A program made the position numbers and the translations under genes. Shown here in pieces: positions 24,682 to 33,872 of a DNA stretch of 51,061 nt. Numbering within the stretch: position 1 is the first letter of the stretch; every line of letters begins with the position of its first letter. The notes below the pieces were generated by a model. It had not been told where the DNA came from. It did not search any database and was given only the letters and a program-made list of their open reading frames with translations. Origin of the DNA: an uncultured Candidatus Saccharibacteria bacterium (GTDB lineage Bacteria > Patescibacteriota > Minisyncoccia > Minisyncoccales > JAHCRE01); contig CAYHAF010000001.1 of NCBI GenBank assembly GCA_964354555.1, forward strand, positions 1 through 51,061, read 5' to 3'.

Positions 24682-25947
24682 TTAGATATTAACACGTTTT
24701 ATGTCAGCACCCAACTTTTGCAACCTCTCTTCAATCTTCTCATACCCTCTATCTATTTGATAAACATTTTCAATAATTGTCTGGCCGCTCGCAATTAAAC
24801 CGGCTAAAACTAACGAAGCTCCGGCTCTGATATCCCAGGACTCAATCCTTAAACCGTGAAGCGGAGTTTTCCCGTAGATAAAAGCCCTGTGGGGATCAAC
24901 GATTTCTATATCAGCTCCCATTTTTTTAAGTTCCTGAACGTAATTGAAACGATTCTCATAAAGAGGATCGTGAATCAAGCTCTTGCCCGAAGCCTGAGTT
25001 AAAAGAGGAATAGTAATGGGCAGTAAATCAGTCGGAAAACCGGGATAAGGCAAGGCTTGTACTCTTGTAGCTTTTAAGTTCAGAGAATATTTAACCTTAA
25101 CAAAATCTCTGCCTTTTTCCAAGTTAACTCCTATTTCTTCTAACTTGTCTAAGAAAATATCCAAATGCTCAGGGATTAGATTTCTGACCTCTATTTCTCC
25201 CGGAGTCAAGGCTCCGGCTACGATAAAAGTCCCTGCTTCAATTAGATCAGGAATAATTTTATGAGAAGTTCCTCTTAATTTCTCAACTCCTTCAATTAAA
25301 ATTGTATTAGTACCCAAACCAGCAATTCTCGCCCCCATCTTTTTTAATAGAAAACCTAAATCTTGAATTTGAGGTTCAGCTGCTGCTCCCTTTATAATTG
25401 TTTTACCTGGAGCTGTTACTGCAGCCATCATCATGTTTTCAGTAGCTGTGACACTAAACTCTTTTAGAATAATCTCTTTTCCTTTTAGATTTCTAGCATC
25501 GAAAATATAAAAATCATCCTGGGTTGTGATTTTTACCCCTAATCTTTTTAGGGCTTCGAGGTGAGTAGTAATCGGCCTTACCCCTATCCTGTCTCCGCCA
25601 GGATGGCAGATCTTAAATTTTCCAAAGCGAGAAAGCAAACTTCCAATTAATAAAACCGAAACTCTTGTCTCGGCTACAGGCCCGCAATTCATTTTTTCGA
25701 CATCAATATTTGGGCCAGCTTTTACCTTAATTTTTCTCTTGTCTAGCCAATTGATTTCTACTCCAATACTTTCTAAAACCTTTATCATCTTAAAAACATC
25801 CTCAACTAAGGGTAGATTATCTAAAACCACCTCTTCATTGGTAAGTAAAGTGGCTGCCAAACAGGCACCGGCTGAGTTTTTAGACCCAGCTATTTCAACA
25901 ACGCCCTCTAAAGGTCTTTCGCCTTTTATAATAAATCGCTCTTTCAT
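24682..25947 (-). CDS. murA: UDP-N-acetylglucosamine 1-carboxyvinyltransferase
   Basis: 421 aa, MurA family sequence (GSKNSAGACLAATLL). Confidence 0.95.
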   Translation of the reverse strand: MKERFIIKGERPLEGVVEIAGSKNSAGACLAATLLTNEEVVLDNLPLVEDVFKMIKVLESIGVEINWLDKRKIKVKAGPNIDVEKMNCGPVAETRVSVLLIGSLLSRFGKFKICHPGGDRIGVRPITTHLEALKRLGVKITTQDDFYIFDARNLKGKEIILKEFSVTATENMMMAAVTAPGKTIIKGAAAEPQIQDLGFLLKKMGARIAGLGTNTILIEGVEKLRGTSHKIIPDLIEAGTFIVAGALTPGEIEVRNLIPEHLDIFLDKLEEIGVNLEKGRDFVKVKYSLNLKATRVQALPYPGFPTDLLPITIPLLTQASGKSLIHDPLYENRFNYVQELKKMGADIEIVDPHRAFIYGKTPLHGLRIESWDIRAGASLVLAGLIASGQTIIENVYQIDRGYEKIEERLQKLGADIKRVNI

Positions 25948-26072
25948 ATGCTGTTTTATTGTAAAACAAAATTAAAAAATTAGCAAGCCCTTAATCCTGA
26001 AAGCGAATGAGTAGCGCTAAAATATTTCATATTTCTATTATACACTCCTTTTTAAATTGAGAAAAATTTAAA

Positions 26073-26106
26073 TAAAAAAGCCGAGTTCAAAATAGACATA
26101 CTCGGC
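26073..26106 (-). terminator. rho-independent terminator after the Nudix gene
   Basis: Minus strand GCCGAGT-loop-ACTCGGC followed by TTTTTTATTT. Confidence 0.5.
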
Positions 26107-26160
26107 ATCGTCTTTTTTATTTAGATTTTCCTATACTGAACTTGATTGATTTTCAGACAA

Positions 26161-26694
26161 TCAGTTCGAATGGATTTCAGGTAACCATTGTAACCATTGA
26201 TTAGCTTGTTCTCTATATTCTCTTTTGGGACTATGGAGAAAAGCCTGTAATGATAACCTCCACATTCTTTTTCCCAATCCACTCACTAATCTGTTACCTA
26301 GTGGTCCTTCGGCTAATTCTTTAAGCTCCTGCGGAGAAACAAATTTGGTCTCTCCTTTTGTTGGCTTATCGAAAAAACCAAGCGCAATTACAAACGCCCA
26401 GTCATTTCCTCCTTTGACAACCGCTGGAAACATTGCTGGCATTGGACCGGGTTCAGGTGCAATTCCAATTCCTACCTCTTCCATCACTTCCCGAGCCAGT
26501 TCTTGGCCAACTATTCGTTCATCGAACGCTTTAGCATTATTTTCTGCTTCTACTGCGCCACCAGGAAGATCCCAATCTCCAGGCGAAGACTCTTCTTTTG
26601 TCCTACGTTTCAATAACAATTTCCCTTCTTTGTTAAATATGCCTGCGAACAAACCAATCGTTGGTCTTGCTTTTGTATCAACTTTCTCACTCAT
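26161..26694 (-). CDS. Nudix hydrolase
   Basis: 177 aa. Nudix box GGAVE...ELAREVMEEVGI. Visibly higher GC than its neighbours. Confidence 0.8.
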   Translation of the reverse strand: MSEKVDTKARPTIGLFAGIFNKEGKLLLKRRTKEESSPGDWDLPGGAVEAENNAKAFDERIVGQELAREVMEEVGIGIAPEPGPMPAMFPAVVKGGNDWAFVIALGFFDKPTKGETKFVSPQELKELAEGPLGNRLVSGLGKRMWRLSLQAFLHSPKREYREQANQWLQWLPEIHSN

Positions 26695-26845
26695 TTCGTT
26701 TCACCCCCTTTTCGATTTTCAAAGATCATTGAATTAGCCGTTTGACTAATCCCCCTTTAACGATAAAAGTATAACAATTCATCCAGTTTTTGTCAAATTT
26801 TTTATTGTTTATTCTTAATTTTTAACTTAAAATAAAATAAGACCT

Positions 26846-28282
26846 ATGCTCAAAAGGACTAGAACTATTCTTTTTTTAATCTGCTTGTTTTTATTTTTCT
26901 TGATTGCTCCTCTCATCATTCTCTATTCTCAAGGATATAGAATTGATATAAATTCAAAAAAAATAATTAAAACAGGGGGATTTTATTTTAATATCTGGCC
27001 GGAAGGAGCTGGGATTTTTTTAGATGGAAAATTTCAGAAAAAAACCAGTTTTATATCAAATTCAGCTTATATTAATGACCTTAAGCCAAAAGAATATAAA
27101 ATAGAAGTAAAAAAGGAAGGATTTCATCCATGGCAGAAAAATCTTGAAATTAAGGAGAATCTAGTGATAAGCTTTAATGATATTGTCTTAATTCCAGAAA
27201 ACCCAAAATATACAACTCTTGCTCAAAAAACAGGAGATCTCTTTTTCTCGTCAGACGGAAGAAAAGTAATTTTGAAAGAAGAAGATGAAAAAGGTTGGAG
27301 TCTAAAAATTATTGAACTGGATATAAATTTGAAAGGCGATCTCTTCTCGGGATTTGAATCCACAGAAATTGAATTATTGGATTTAAAATTTTATTCAGAT
27401 TCAGAGAAAATTTTATTCAGTACAAAAGAGAAGGAAAAGCAAAGAAATTGGATTTTAGAATTAGAATCCCCCATTCAGGAAAAAAGATCTAATGATCTTA
27501 TTACCCTTGATTTCTTGGGAGAAAAAGTAAACAATATCTCTCTCAATCCTAATGATTCTCAAAAGATATTCTTTGTAAAAGAACTAATGAAAGAAAATAA
27601 TCTTTTTGAAGCAAATCTTTCAAGCAAGGAGGTAAGTTTAAATCCGATCTTAAGAAATTTAATAACTTATGAAATTTTCGAAGGAAATTTATTTTGGCTC
27701 TCAAAAGATGGCTTTATTTTAAAGACTAGTTTTACCGGTGAAATGAAAGAAAGGCTAAATCTTAAACCGTTATTAATAAAGGAAGAAGAGGAATACCAAA
27801 TTTATATTAAAAACCATTTAATTTTTTTAAAAGAAGGTGGTACTGTTTATATCTTTAATTCTGATTCTCAGATTTTTGAAAAACTATCCGATTTCACAAA
27901 AGAATTAGAATTTTCTCCGGATGGAAGAAAAATGCTATACTTTAACAATTACGAAATCTGGATTTTATTCTTAGAAAAAAACGAGAACCAGCCAAAAAGG
28001 AAATTTTTGGAAAAGTTATTTTTAACAAGGTTTTCAGAAAAAATTGATCAGGTTTTATGGTACAACTCAAATTATCTGATTTTTAATATTGGAAACAAAA
28101 TCAAAATTTCTGAAATTGATAATAGGAATAATATAAATATTTGTGATTTTAGTAAATTTCCCGCCCCAGATGAATCTACCACGGACGGAAAATCTCTAAA
28201 GTTCTTCTTTAATCAGTTTGATAAAAAATTATACATTTTAAGCGAAGGAAGCTTCCTTTCTTCTGAAAAGTTGCTCCCCTAA
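26846..28282 (+). CDS. PEGA-domain / TolB-like beta-propeller membrane-anchored protein
   Basis: 478 aa. N-terminal TM, WPEGAGIFLDG PEGA motif, repeated SxDGRK propeller-like motifs. One of only two long plus-strand genes. Confidence 0.6.
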   Translation: MLKRTRTILFLICLFLFFLIAPLIILYSQGYRIDINSKKIIKTGGFYFNIWPEGAGIFLDGKFQKKTSFISNSAYINDLKPKEYKIEVKKEGFHPWQKNLEIKENLVISFNDIVLIPENPKYTTLAQKTGDLFFSSDGRKVILKEEDEKGWSLKIIELDINLKGDLFSGFESTEIELLDLKFYSDSEKILFSTKEKEKQRNWILELESPIQEKRSNDLITLDFLGEKVNNISLNPNDSQKIFFVKELMKENNLFEANLSSKEVSLNPILRNLITYEIFEGNLFWLSKDGFILKTSFTGEMKERLNLKPLLIKEEEEYQIYIKNHLIFLKEGGTVYIFNSDSQIFEKLSDFTKELEFSPDGRKMLYFNNYEIWILFLEKNENQPKRKFLEKLFLTRFSEKIDQVLWYNSNYLIFNIGNKIKISEIDNRNNINICDFSKFPAPDESTTDGKSLKFFFNQFDKKLYILSEGSFLSSEKLLP

Positions 28283-28377
28283 CCACCACACCAAATAGGG
28301 ATATGCGAACTCATTAAATGAGTTCGCCCGCCATCAAATCTGAAGATTTAATGGAAATCCCTGTTATGGTGTTGGGG
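28283..28377. repeat. degenerate PE-A element enclosing a 6-bp stem and two hairpins
   Basis: CCACCACACC (28283-28292) / GGTGTTGGGG (28368-28377). Inner AGGGAT/ATCCCT stem. Hairpins GCGAACTCATT/AATGAGTTCGC and CCATCAAATCT/AGATTTAATGG. Confidence 0.65.
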
Positions 28378-28391
28378 TAAATCTTTAACCT

Positions 28392-28417
28392 AAAAACAGG
28401 CCTTCGGGCCTGTTTTT
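28392..28417. terminator. bidirectional terminator between convergent genes
   Basis: AAAAACAGGCC ttcg GGCCTGTTTTT. Confidence 0.75.
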
Positions 28418-28426
28418 AATTAATGT

Positions 28427-29122
28427 TTAGTTTTGATTTTCAATTTTTTCCTTAAATTTCAGCCATTTTACTTCTTCCTCACCGGTTATTTTACAAATTT
28501 CTCTAAACTGGCAGTACTGACATTGCCAACCAGCCGGCCAGGTTGCCAGTCTCTGAGGAATAATATCTGAATCAATCTTATTCTTTAAGTCAGCTAAATT
28601 GATTAAAAGAGATTGAGCTAATTCCCTGTCATAATCAACTATAAACTCCTTTAATTGCTGGTTGTCTTTGCTCACATAAAGCAGTATTCCTTTTGGAATT
28701 TTAAAAAAATGCAAATAAAGCTGGATTTGATTTATGTTTTCCTCTTTCGGCTCATCCAAATTTTTAAAAATCATGCTGTTCATGCTCTTTATGTCCAAGA
28801 CATAAAGGGTCTTTCCGTCACTGATTATGGCGTCCGCTCTGCCAGAAACTATTTCCTGGGGAGGGATATTTATTTCTGAAGCAACGACATGGATATCTCT
28901 TACGCTCAAAAGTGGTTTCATAATCATGCTGTGGATATGATCTCCATGGTCAAACATTCTCAAAACATTGGGCTCCATCGCTTCCCGAGGAACATTTTTG
29001 AATTTAAAAAAAACAGCTCTGGCGCATTTCCCGGCATCAGTAATATAAAAATGAGTTTGCTCTTTATCTCTTTGCTTATCCAAATAAAATTGGTCAATTA
29101 GTTCTTTAAGCATTTTATTCAA
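28427..29122 (-). CDS. Cas4-like PD-(D/E)XK nuclease with 4-Cys cluster (no CRISPR-cas neighbours)
   Basis: 231 aa. N-terminal Cys (DAGKCARA) plus C-terminal CQYCQFREIC. DIKS and QIQLY motifs. Confidence 0.7.
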   Translation of the reverse strand: MNKMLKELIDQFYLDKQRDKEQTHFYITDAGKCARAVFFKFKNVPREAMEPNVLRMFDHGDHIHSMIMKPLLSVRDIHVVASEINIPPQEIVSGRADAIISDGKTLYVLDIKSMNSMIFKNLDEPKEENINQIQLYLHFFKIPKGILLYVSKDNQQLKEFIVDYDRELAQSLLINLADLKNKIDSDIIPQRLATWPAGWQCQYCQFREICKITGEEEVKWLKFKEKIENQN

Positions 29123-29160
29123 TTATTATATTCCTTTAAAAAATTTTGGCAAATTTTAAA

Positions 29161-29193
29161 ATAAAAAAGAGGTAAAAATGAGATTTTACCTCT
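29161..29193 (-). terminator. rho-independent terminator after the 159-aa gene
   Basis: Minus strand AGAGGTAAAA-loop-TTTTACCTCT followed by TTTTTTATTTT. Confidence 0.6.
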
Positions 29194-29221
29194 ATAGATT
29201 AGGAAAAAATTTTATCCTTTA

Positions 29222-29701
29222 TTATTGTTCCGAATCGATTTTTCCGTGTGACCTTCCGATTTCTGACGCTTCTCTTTCTTTAAGAAGCTCAAAGACAATG
29301 TGTTCCGTAGAATCAATCGGTGGTTCTGCGAAATTTGAATCTCCGATTTCTTCTTCCTCTTCATCGCTAAGTGATTCAAAAGCAGCTGTTCGATCTAATC
29401 TTATATCTGTATCGATTTTTTTGAGTTCTTCTGTTGATAACTTAGACAACTCCTCTTTTCGCTTGTGATATTGCAAGACTCTTCCGAGATTGTCTGGGAA
29501 TGCCTGATATTTGTATCCTAAAAGGTCGTGAATTTTTTCTTTCTCCTTAAGCAAAGAGTCGATTTCTTCCTTACTTATCTTAGTGGGATCTTTTAGTAGT
29601 AAAAGCCACAGCTTTTCGAGTTGAGCTTCTTTTTCGGCTTTTTCTAAGTCGGTTCCTCCCTTATTTGATTTTTCCAAAGTGCATTCACCTCTTTCTGGCA
29701 T
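29222..29701 (-). CDS. acidic hypothetical protein
   Basis: 159 aa, Glu/Lys-rich, no recognised motif. Confidence 0.45.
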   Translation of the reverse strand: MPERGECTLEKSNKGGTDLEKAEKEAQLEKLWLLLLKDPTKISKEEIDSLLKEKEKIHDLLGYKYQAFPDNLGRVLQYHKRKEELSKLSTEELKKIDTDIRLDRTAAFESLSDEEEEEIGDSNFAEPPIDSTEHIVFELLKEREASEIGRSHGKIDSEQ

Positions 29702-29741
29702 AATAAGCTTAACGCCTTAAATATAGAAAGTCAATACTTTT

Positions 29742-30356
29742 TTACTTATTTACAATCTGCAATAATTCGTTCAGCGAATTTATTATTTTTGTCACTCCTG
29801 CTTTTTGAAACTCTTTTTTGATTGTCCCTCCGCTTAGAATACCAATAAAATCCATACCAGCATTTTTGGCTGTTTCAAAGTCTATCAAACGATCGCCAAC
29901 ATAAACAGTTTCTCTTGGTTTAACACAAAGCTTTTTGCAAGCCAATAATAACGGCTCTGAATCTGGTTTATGCTTTTTTGTTGATTCTTGAGTGATTATC
30001 ACCTCAAAATAATCCAAAAATTCTTTCAGTCTCCTTTTTGCAAAAAGCGTTGACGCAGAAGTGACAACTGCCTTTTTTGTTACTAATCTATCCAGAGTTT
30101 CCCTTATTCCGGGCATGAATTTCATCTCTTTTTCTTTTTCCATCCAAACTTGATGCAATATTTCTTTACTTTTTTCTCCCTTACCCAATATTATTTCAAC
30201 CATATCTATTGCTATCAAACCCAAGGTGTCTGTGACGCTTTTTTTATCTGGAACTTTCAAACCGCTTCTTCTGGCTGCTTCCTGAAATATCCCCACAATT
30301 AATTGGGTGTTATCAAGTAAAACACCGTCTAAATCAAAAATTACAGCTTTTAGCAT
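29742..30356 (-). CDS. HAD-superfamily phosphatase
   Basis: 204 aa. FDLDGVL motif I and GDRLIDFETAKNAG motif IV. Confidence 0.85.
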   Translation of the reverse strand: MLKAVIFDLDGVLLDNTQLIVGIFQEAARRSGLKVPDKKSVTDTLGLIAIDMVEIILGKGEKSKEILHQVWMEKEKEMKFMPGIRETLDRLVTKKAVVTSASTLFAKRRLKEFLDYFEVIITQESTKKHKPDSEPLLLACKKLCVKPRETVYVGDRLIDFETAKNAGMDFIGILSGGTIKKEFQKAGVTKIINSLNELLQIVNK

Positions 30357-30372
30357 AATATTTTATTCTACC

Positions 30373-30407
30373 AAAAAACCCCGTAGCAGAACAAGTTCGC
30401 TACGGGG
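30373..30407 (-). terminator. rho-independent terminator after the 666-aa gene
   Basis: Minus strand CCCCGTAGC-loop-GCTACGGGG followed by TTTTTTGG. Confidence 0.75.
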
Positions 30408-30425
30408 CAGGTCGCCTTTTATTCT

Positions 30426-32426
30426 TTACCACTCAAGTTCCAATTCTTTCACTCTTTCCCAGTTTAACTCATTAAGAACCACGATATTGTTATCGCCGAT
30501 AATATATAGATAATCATCAATATAAATTGCCCTTCTGACCGAGGTCTCGCTGACAGTTTTCACCAGGTTTAATTCGTTGTTTTTATAAGAAAAGATATAT
30601 CCGCCCTTTGAACCCGGCACGAAAAATATCTCGTGTTTTTTATCAAGCAGGAAAGCGTGATGATTATTTAGTATGTCTGACCAGGATTCATCCAAGATAT
30701 ATTTATCTTGTTCTTTTGGATTAGAAGCTGAAGAAACATCAAACAAAGAAACCTTTACCTGCCAGCTTTCCTGACCAATGCCCAAAATCTTGTCTTTGGT
30801 TATCGGATGCAAATAACCAGAGTATCCTGGTATCTTAAGTTCTCCTTTTAGTTCCGGCTTTTTTGGATTGGATAAGTCCAAGACATAAAATGGATCTGTT
30901 TGCCTGAAAGTTACAACATAACCCTTATCCTCTATGAATCTCACTGAATAGATTCTTTCGGTTTTTCCCAAATCTTTTACTAAACCTTGAACTGACAAAT
31001 TTCCATCCAGAACATAAACATCGCTGACGCTTTCAGCTCCTGATACGCCAAAAGGAAGCCCCCACCACCTATCACCCACAGTTGTTGCTATTCTTAAATT
31101 TTCTTTGTATTCATCAAGAGAAAATTGATTTAAAGGAGAGCCGGAAACGCTTCCGTGCGCTTTTATCTCAAAATCCCCCAAAGCTATTTTAACTATGCCG
31201 GTTTTTTCCAAGTCTCTTTTATGTTCTTTGTAATAATCTGACATTCTGTTTGAAAGTTCATTTTCCATCCTCAATCTTTCGTCACTATCCAAAGAGTTAA
31301 TGTATTTTTCATAAAGAACCTGAAATTCTGTCAATTTGGCTGACTGGCTGATGTCATAAGTGTCTAATTTTTCCATTTTCTCAACAAACCAGGACGGGAA
31401 AATATCTTTGGCTTTTTCGGTTAAGAAGTTAGAGAAGAATTTAATTGTGCTTTCGTAATAAGTATAAGTCACGTAAATAGCATTCTCTGACATATAAACA
31501 ATTGAGGAAGCCGAGGATCCGAGAAAAGAAGTTTTCTCTTCAACTTTTCCCGAATCAGTATTGATAATCATTGCTACAAAAGTGGCATCGCTGGGAACCG
31601 GTAAAATCGGATGATAAATATCTGAACACGCAATTGATAATTCAACTCCATTGGCTATTAAGGGTTTTATCGGACAAGGATGAACTTCGTTTATCTGGTT
31701 TCTGGTAATTAAATGTAGTTTATCTTTATAAAGCCTGGCTCCGACTAAATAATTCTGACTCTCTAAAGAAATATCCCATTTCTTTGATGGTGACTTGGGA
31801 TTAGAAACATCATACCCATAAATCTTATCACCTGAAAAAATCATTAAAACCTTTCCTGAAAGCAGTAAGTTCCCGGATTTTTCTATTTCACCCGCTACGT
31901 CTAAATCAGCAACTGGAAAAGCTTTTATAATGTTTGTTTTTGCCTGCGAATTATATGGAGGAACGATTCTTTCCTCCATAATCATAGGGTCTTTCCACCA
32001 ATACTGATATTCGCGGGAAAAATAAATTTCTTTTCCGTCAGTCTTAACTATATCTGGTTCGTCTATGCCTGAAACCTGAACATTTGTCTCAGAGACTCTA
32101 TCCGGAACTGTGCCTCCATTGGTTAAAGGAACTGCTGGTGCTGGCGCTTCTGACTTCATCATTTCAAAAGCAATGTTACCTCCTCCCATTCCGCCTGACC
32201 AATATTGCTGTTCAGTAGAACTGTTTTGCAAATATTCTTTAAATTCCTCCTCTGAAGAAAATTTTGCAATTCCTTCTACTTTTTGACTCCATGGTAATTT
32301 AGGAAATTTCTGAATTAACCATTCATAATTTAAAAGCTCATATTTCACTGCAATAGGTATAAAAACCAAAAGACAAAAAAATACTATAATTCCTATTGCT
32401 AATTTTTTATTGATTTGATTTTGCAT
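30426..32426 (-). CDS. secreted/anchored beta-propeller domain protein
   Basis: 666 aa. N-terminal TM. SETNVQVSGIDEPDIVKTDGKEIYF resembles the beta-propeller family (COG4880-like, from memory). Confidence 0.6.
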   Translation of the reverse strand: MQNQINKKLAIGIIVFFCLLVFIPIAVKYELLNYEWLIQKFPKLPWSQKVEGIAKFSSEEEFKEYLQNSSTEQQYWSGGMGGGNIAFEMMKSEAPAPAVPLTNGGTVPDRVSETNVQVSGIDEPDIVKTDGKEIYFSREYQYWWKDPMIMEERIVPPYNSQAKTNIIKAFPVADLDVAGEIEKSGNLLLSGKVLMIFSGDKIYGYDVSNPKSPSKKWDISLESQNYLVGARLYKDKLHLITRNQINEVHPCPIKPLIANGVELSIACSDIYHPILPVPSDATFVAMIINTDSGKVEEKTSFLGSSASSIVYMSENAIYVTYTYYESTIKFFSNFLTEKAKDIFPSWFVEKMEKLDTYDISQSAKLTEFQVLYEKYINSLDSDERLRMENELSNRMSDYYKEHKRDLEKTGIVKIALGDFEIKAHGSVSGSPLNQFSLDEYKENLRIATTVGDRWWGLPFGVSGAESVSDVYVLDGNLSVQGLVKDLGKTERIYSVRFIEDKGYVVTFRQTDPFYVLDLSNPKKPELKGELKIPGYSGYLHPITKDKILGIGQESWQVKVSLFDVSSASNPKEQDKYILDESWSDILNNHHAFLLDKKHEIFFVPGSKGGYIFSYKNNELNLVKTVSETSVRRAIYIDDYLYIIGDNNIVVLNELNWERVKELELEW

Positions 32427-32591
32427 AATATAATTTTAGTTAATTAATTATTCTGAATAAATAAAAATTACTATCTAAATACAACGAATCAACCTAAAAA
32501 ATCGTTGCATTAGTTCATTATATTAAACATTTTAACCTTAGGCAAAAACAAAACAACGAGGTGGTTATGCCTCATTATTTTGTTAAATTTT

Positions 32592-33071
32592 TTAACGCTT
32601 TGACCATTGTGGAGCTCTGCGGGCGCGCTTCAGACCGAATTTCTTTCTTTCCCGCATCCGGGGATCGCGGGTTAAAAATCCGGCTCTTCTGAGTCTTTTT
32701 TTAAAATCTAAATTAAAAAGGGTTAGGGCTCTTGCTGTTCCGTGACGGATTGCTTCTGCCTGGCCGGCCAATCCTCCTCCACTGACTAAAGACACGACTC
32801 TGAACTTATCCAGGCATTTCATTTTTTCCAGAGAAGCCTGAGCTGTTTTTTGAAGGTCAGGGATTGGAAAATATTTTTCTAAAGGTTTTTGATTAACTAA
32901 AAATCCTTTTTCTCCACGGGTAAAAAGCCTGACTCTGGCTACAGCTGTTTTTCTTCTTCCTACCGCTTCAAGATACTTTTCAGTTTCTTTTGGCTTTTCT
33001 ATCTTTTCTTTTTCAATTTTTGGCTTTACAGTTTTCTTTTTTTCAATTTTTTGAGTTTTTGTTTTAATCAT
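32592..33071 (-). CDS. rpsI: 30S ribosomal protein S9 with Lys/Glu-rich N-terminal extension
   Basis: 159 aa. C-terminal RDPRMRERKKFGLKRARRAPQWSKR. Confidence 0.95.
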   Translation of the reverse strand: MIKTKTQKIEKKKTVKPKIEKEKIEKPKETEKYLEAVGRRKTAVARVRLFTRGEKGFLVNQKPLEKYFPIPDLQKTAQASLEKMKCLDKFRVVSLVSGGGLAGQAEAIRHGTARALTLFNLDFKKRLRRAGFLTRDPRMRERKKFGLKRARRAPQWSKR

Positions 33072-33091
33072 AGTGCTGATGTTTATATAGA

Positions 33092-33442
33092 CTATTCTAT
33101 CTTAAGCCGTTTCATCATTTTTGCTCTTAACTTGTTTTTGGGCAACATCCCATAAACCGCTATTCTTAAAACCTTAGCTGGCTTTTCTTTCAACATTTTT
33201 TTAAGAGGAGTGGCCTTCAAGCTCCCTATATAACCGGAAAAACTATAATACATTTTTTGTTCCAGCTTCTTGCCGGTTACTTTTATTTTCTCAATGTTTT
33301 GAACAGTAACAGAATCTCCTAAATCCTGGTGGGGCATAAAACTGGGCTTGTCTTTGCCACGCAAAATACTAACGATTTTAACCGCTAATCTTCCGAGTAT
33401 TTGATTTGTAGCATCTATTGTATGAGTTTTGCGCTCTATCAT
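33092..33442 (-). CDS. rplM: 50S ribosomal protein L13 (short)
   Basis: 116 aa, L13 family, upstream of rpsI as usual. Confidence 0.9.
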   Translation of the reverse strand: MIERKTHTIDATNQILGRLAVKIVSILRGKDKPSFMPHQDLGDSVTVQNIEKIKVTGKKLEQKMYYSFSGYIGSLKATPLKKMLKEKPAKVLRIAVYGMLPKNKLRAKMMKRLKIE

Positions 33443-33517
33443 GATGAATAATTAATAATTTATAAAAAGTAATTGAGCTCTCGTTTTCGTCAATTATGTA
33501 TTATTATTTTTTAATTA

Positions 33518-33868
33518 TTATTTAACTAGTTCTATTATCGCCATTCTTGCTCCGTCTGTTTTCCTACTGCCGAGTTTTATAACTCTAGTGTATCCGCCTT
33601 TTCTTTCTTTAAATTTTGGAGCAATATCATTAATTAATTTATTAACTAATTTCAAAGGGAAAGTTCTCAAAAGTAATCTTTTAGCGCTTAAATTGGCATT
33701 TTTTGCAATAGTTATGGTTTTTTCAGCAAAGATCGCAAGCTCTTTTGCTTTAACTTCAGTTGTTTTAATTTTTTCTCTTAAAAAAAATTCTCTGACTAAA
33801 GACTTCAAAAGCGCTTTCCTCTGATCTCTTTTTCTGCTAAGTTTTCGACCGCGGTTAAGTTTTCTCAT
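33518..33868 (-). CDS. rplQ: 50S ribosomal protein L17
   Basis: 116 aa, follows rpoA. Confidence 0.9.
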   Translation of the reverse strand: MRKLNRGRKLSRKRDQRKALLKSLVREFFLREKIKTTEVKAKELAIFAEKTITIAKNANLSAKRLLLRTFPLKLVNKLINDIAPKFKERKGGYTRVIKLGSRKTDGARMAIIELVK

Positions 33869-33872
33869 GTTA

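Noticed and set aside
26225-26737. 170-aa plus-strand ORF
   Set aside because: It is antisense to the Nudix gene, which has a clear Nudix box. It is a by-product of locally high GC. The same reasoning applies to the many 60-140-aa ORFs antisense to lepA, murJ, pgk, gatA, mreB, rpoA, secY and others in the track.
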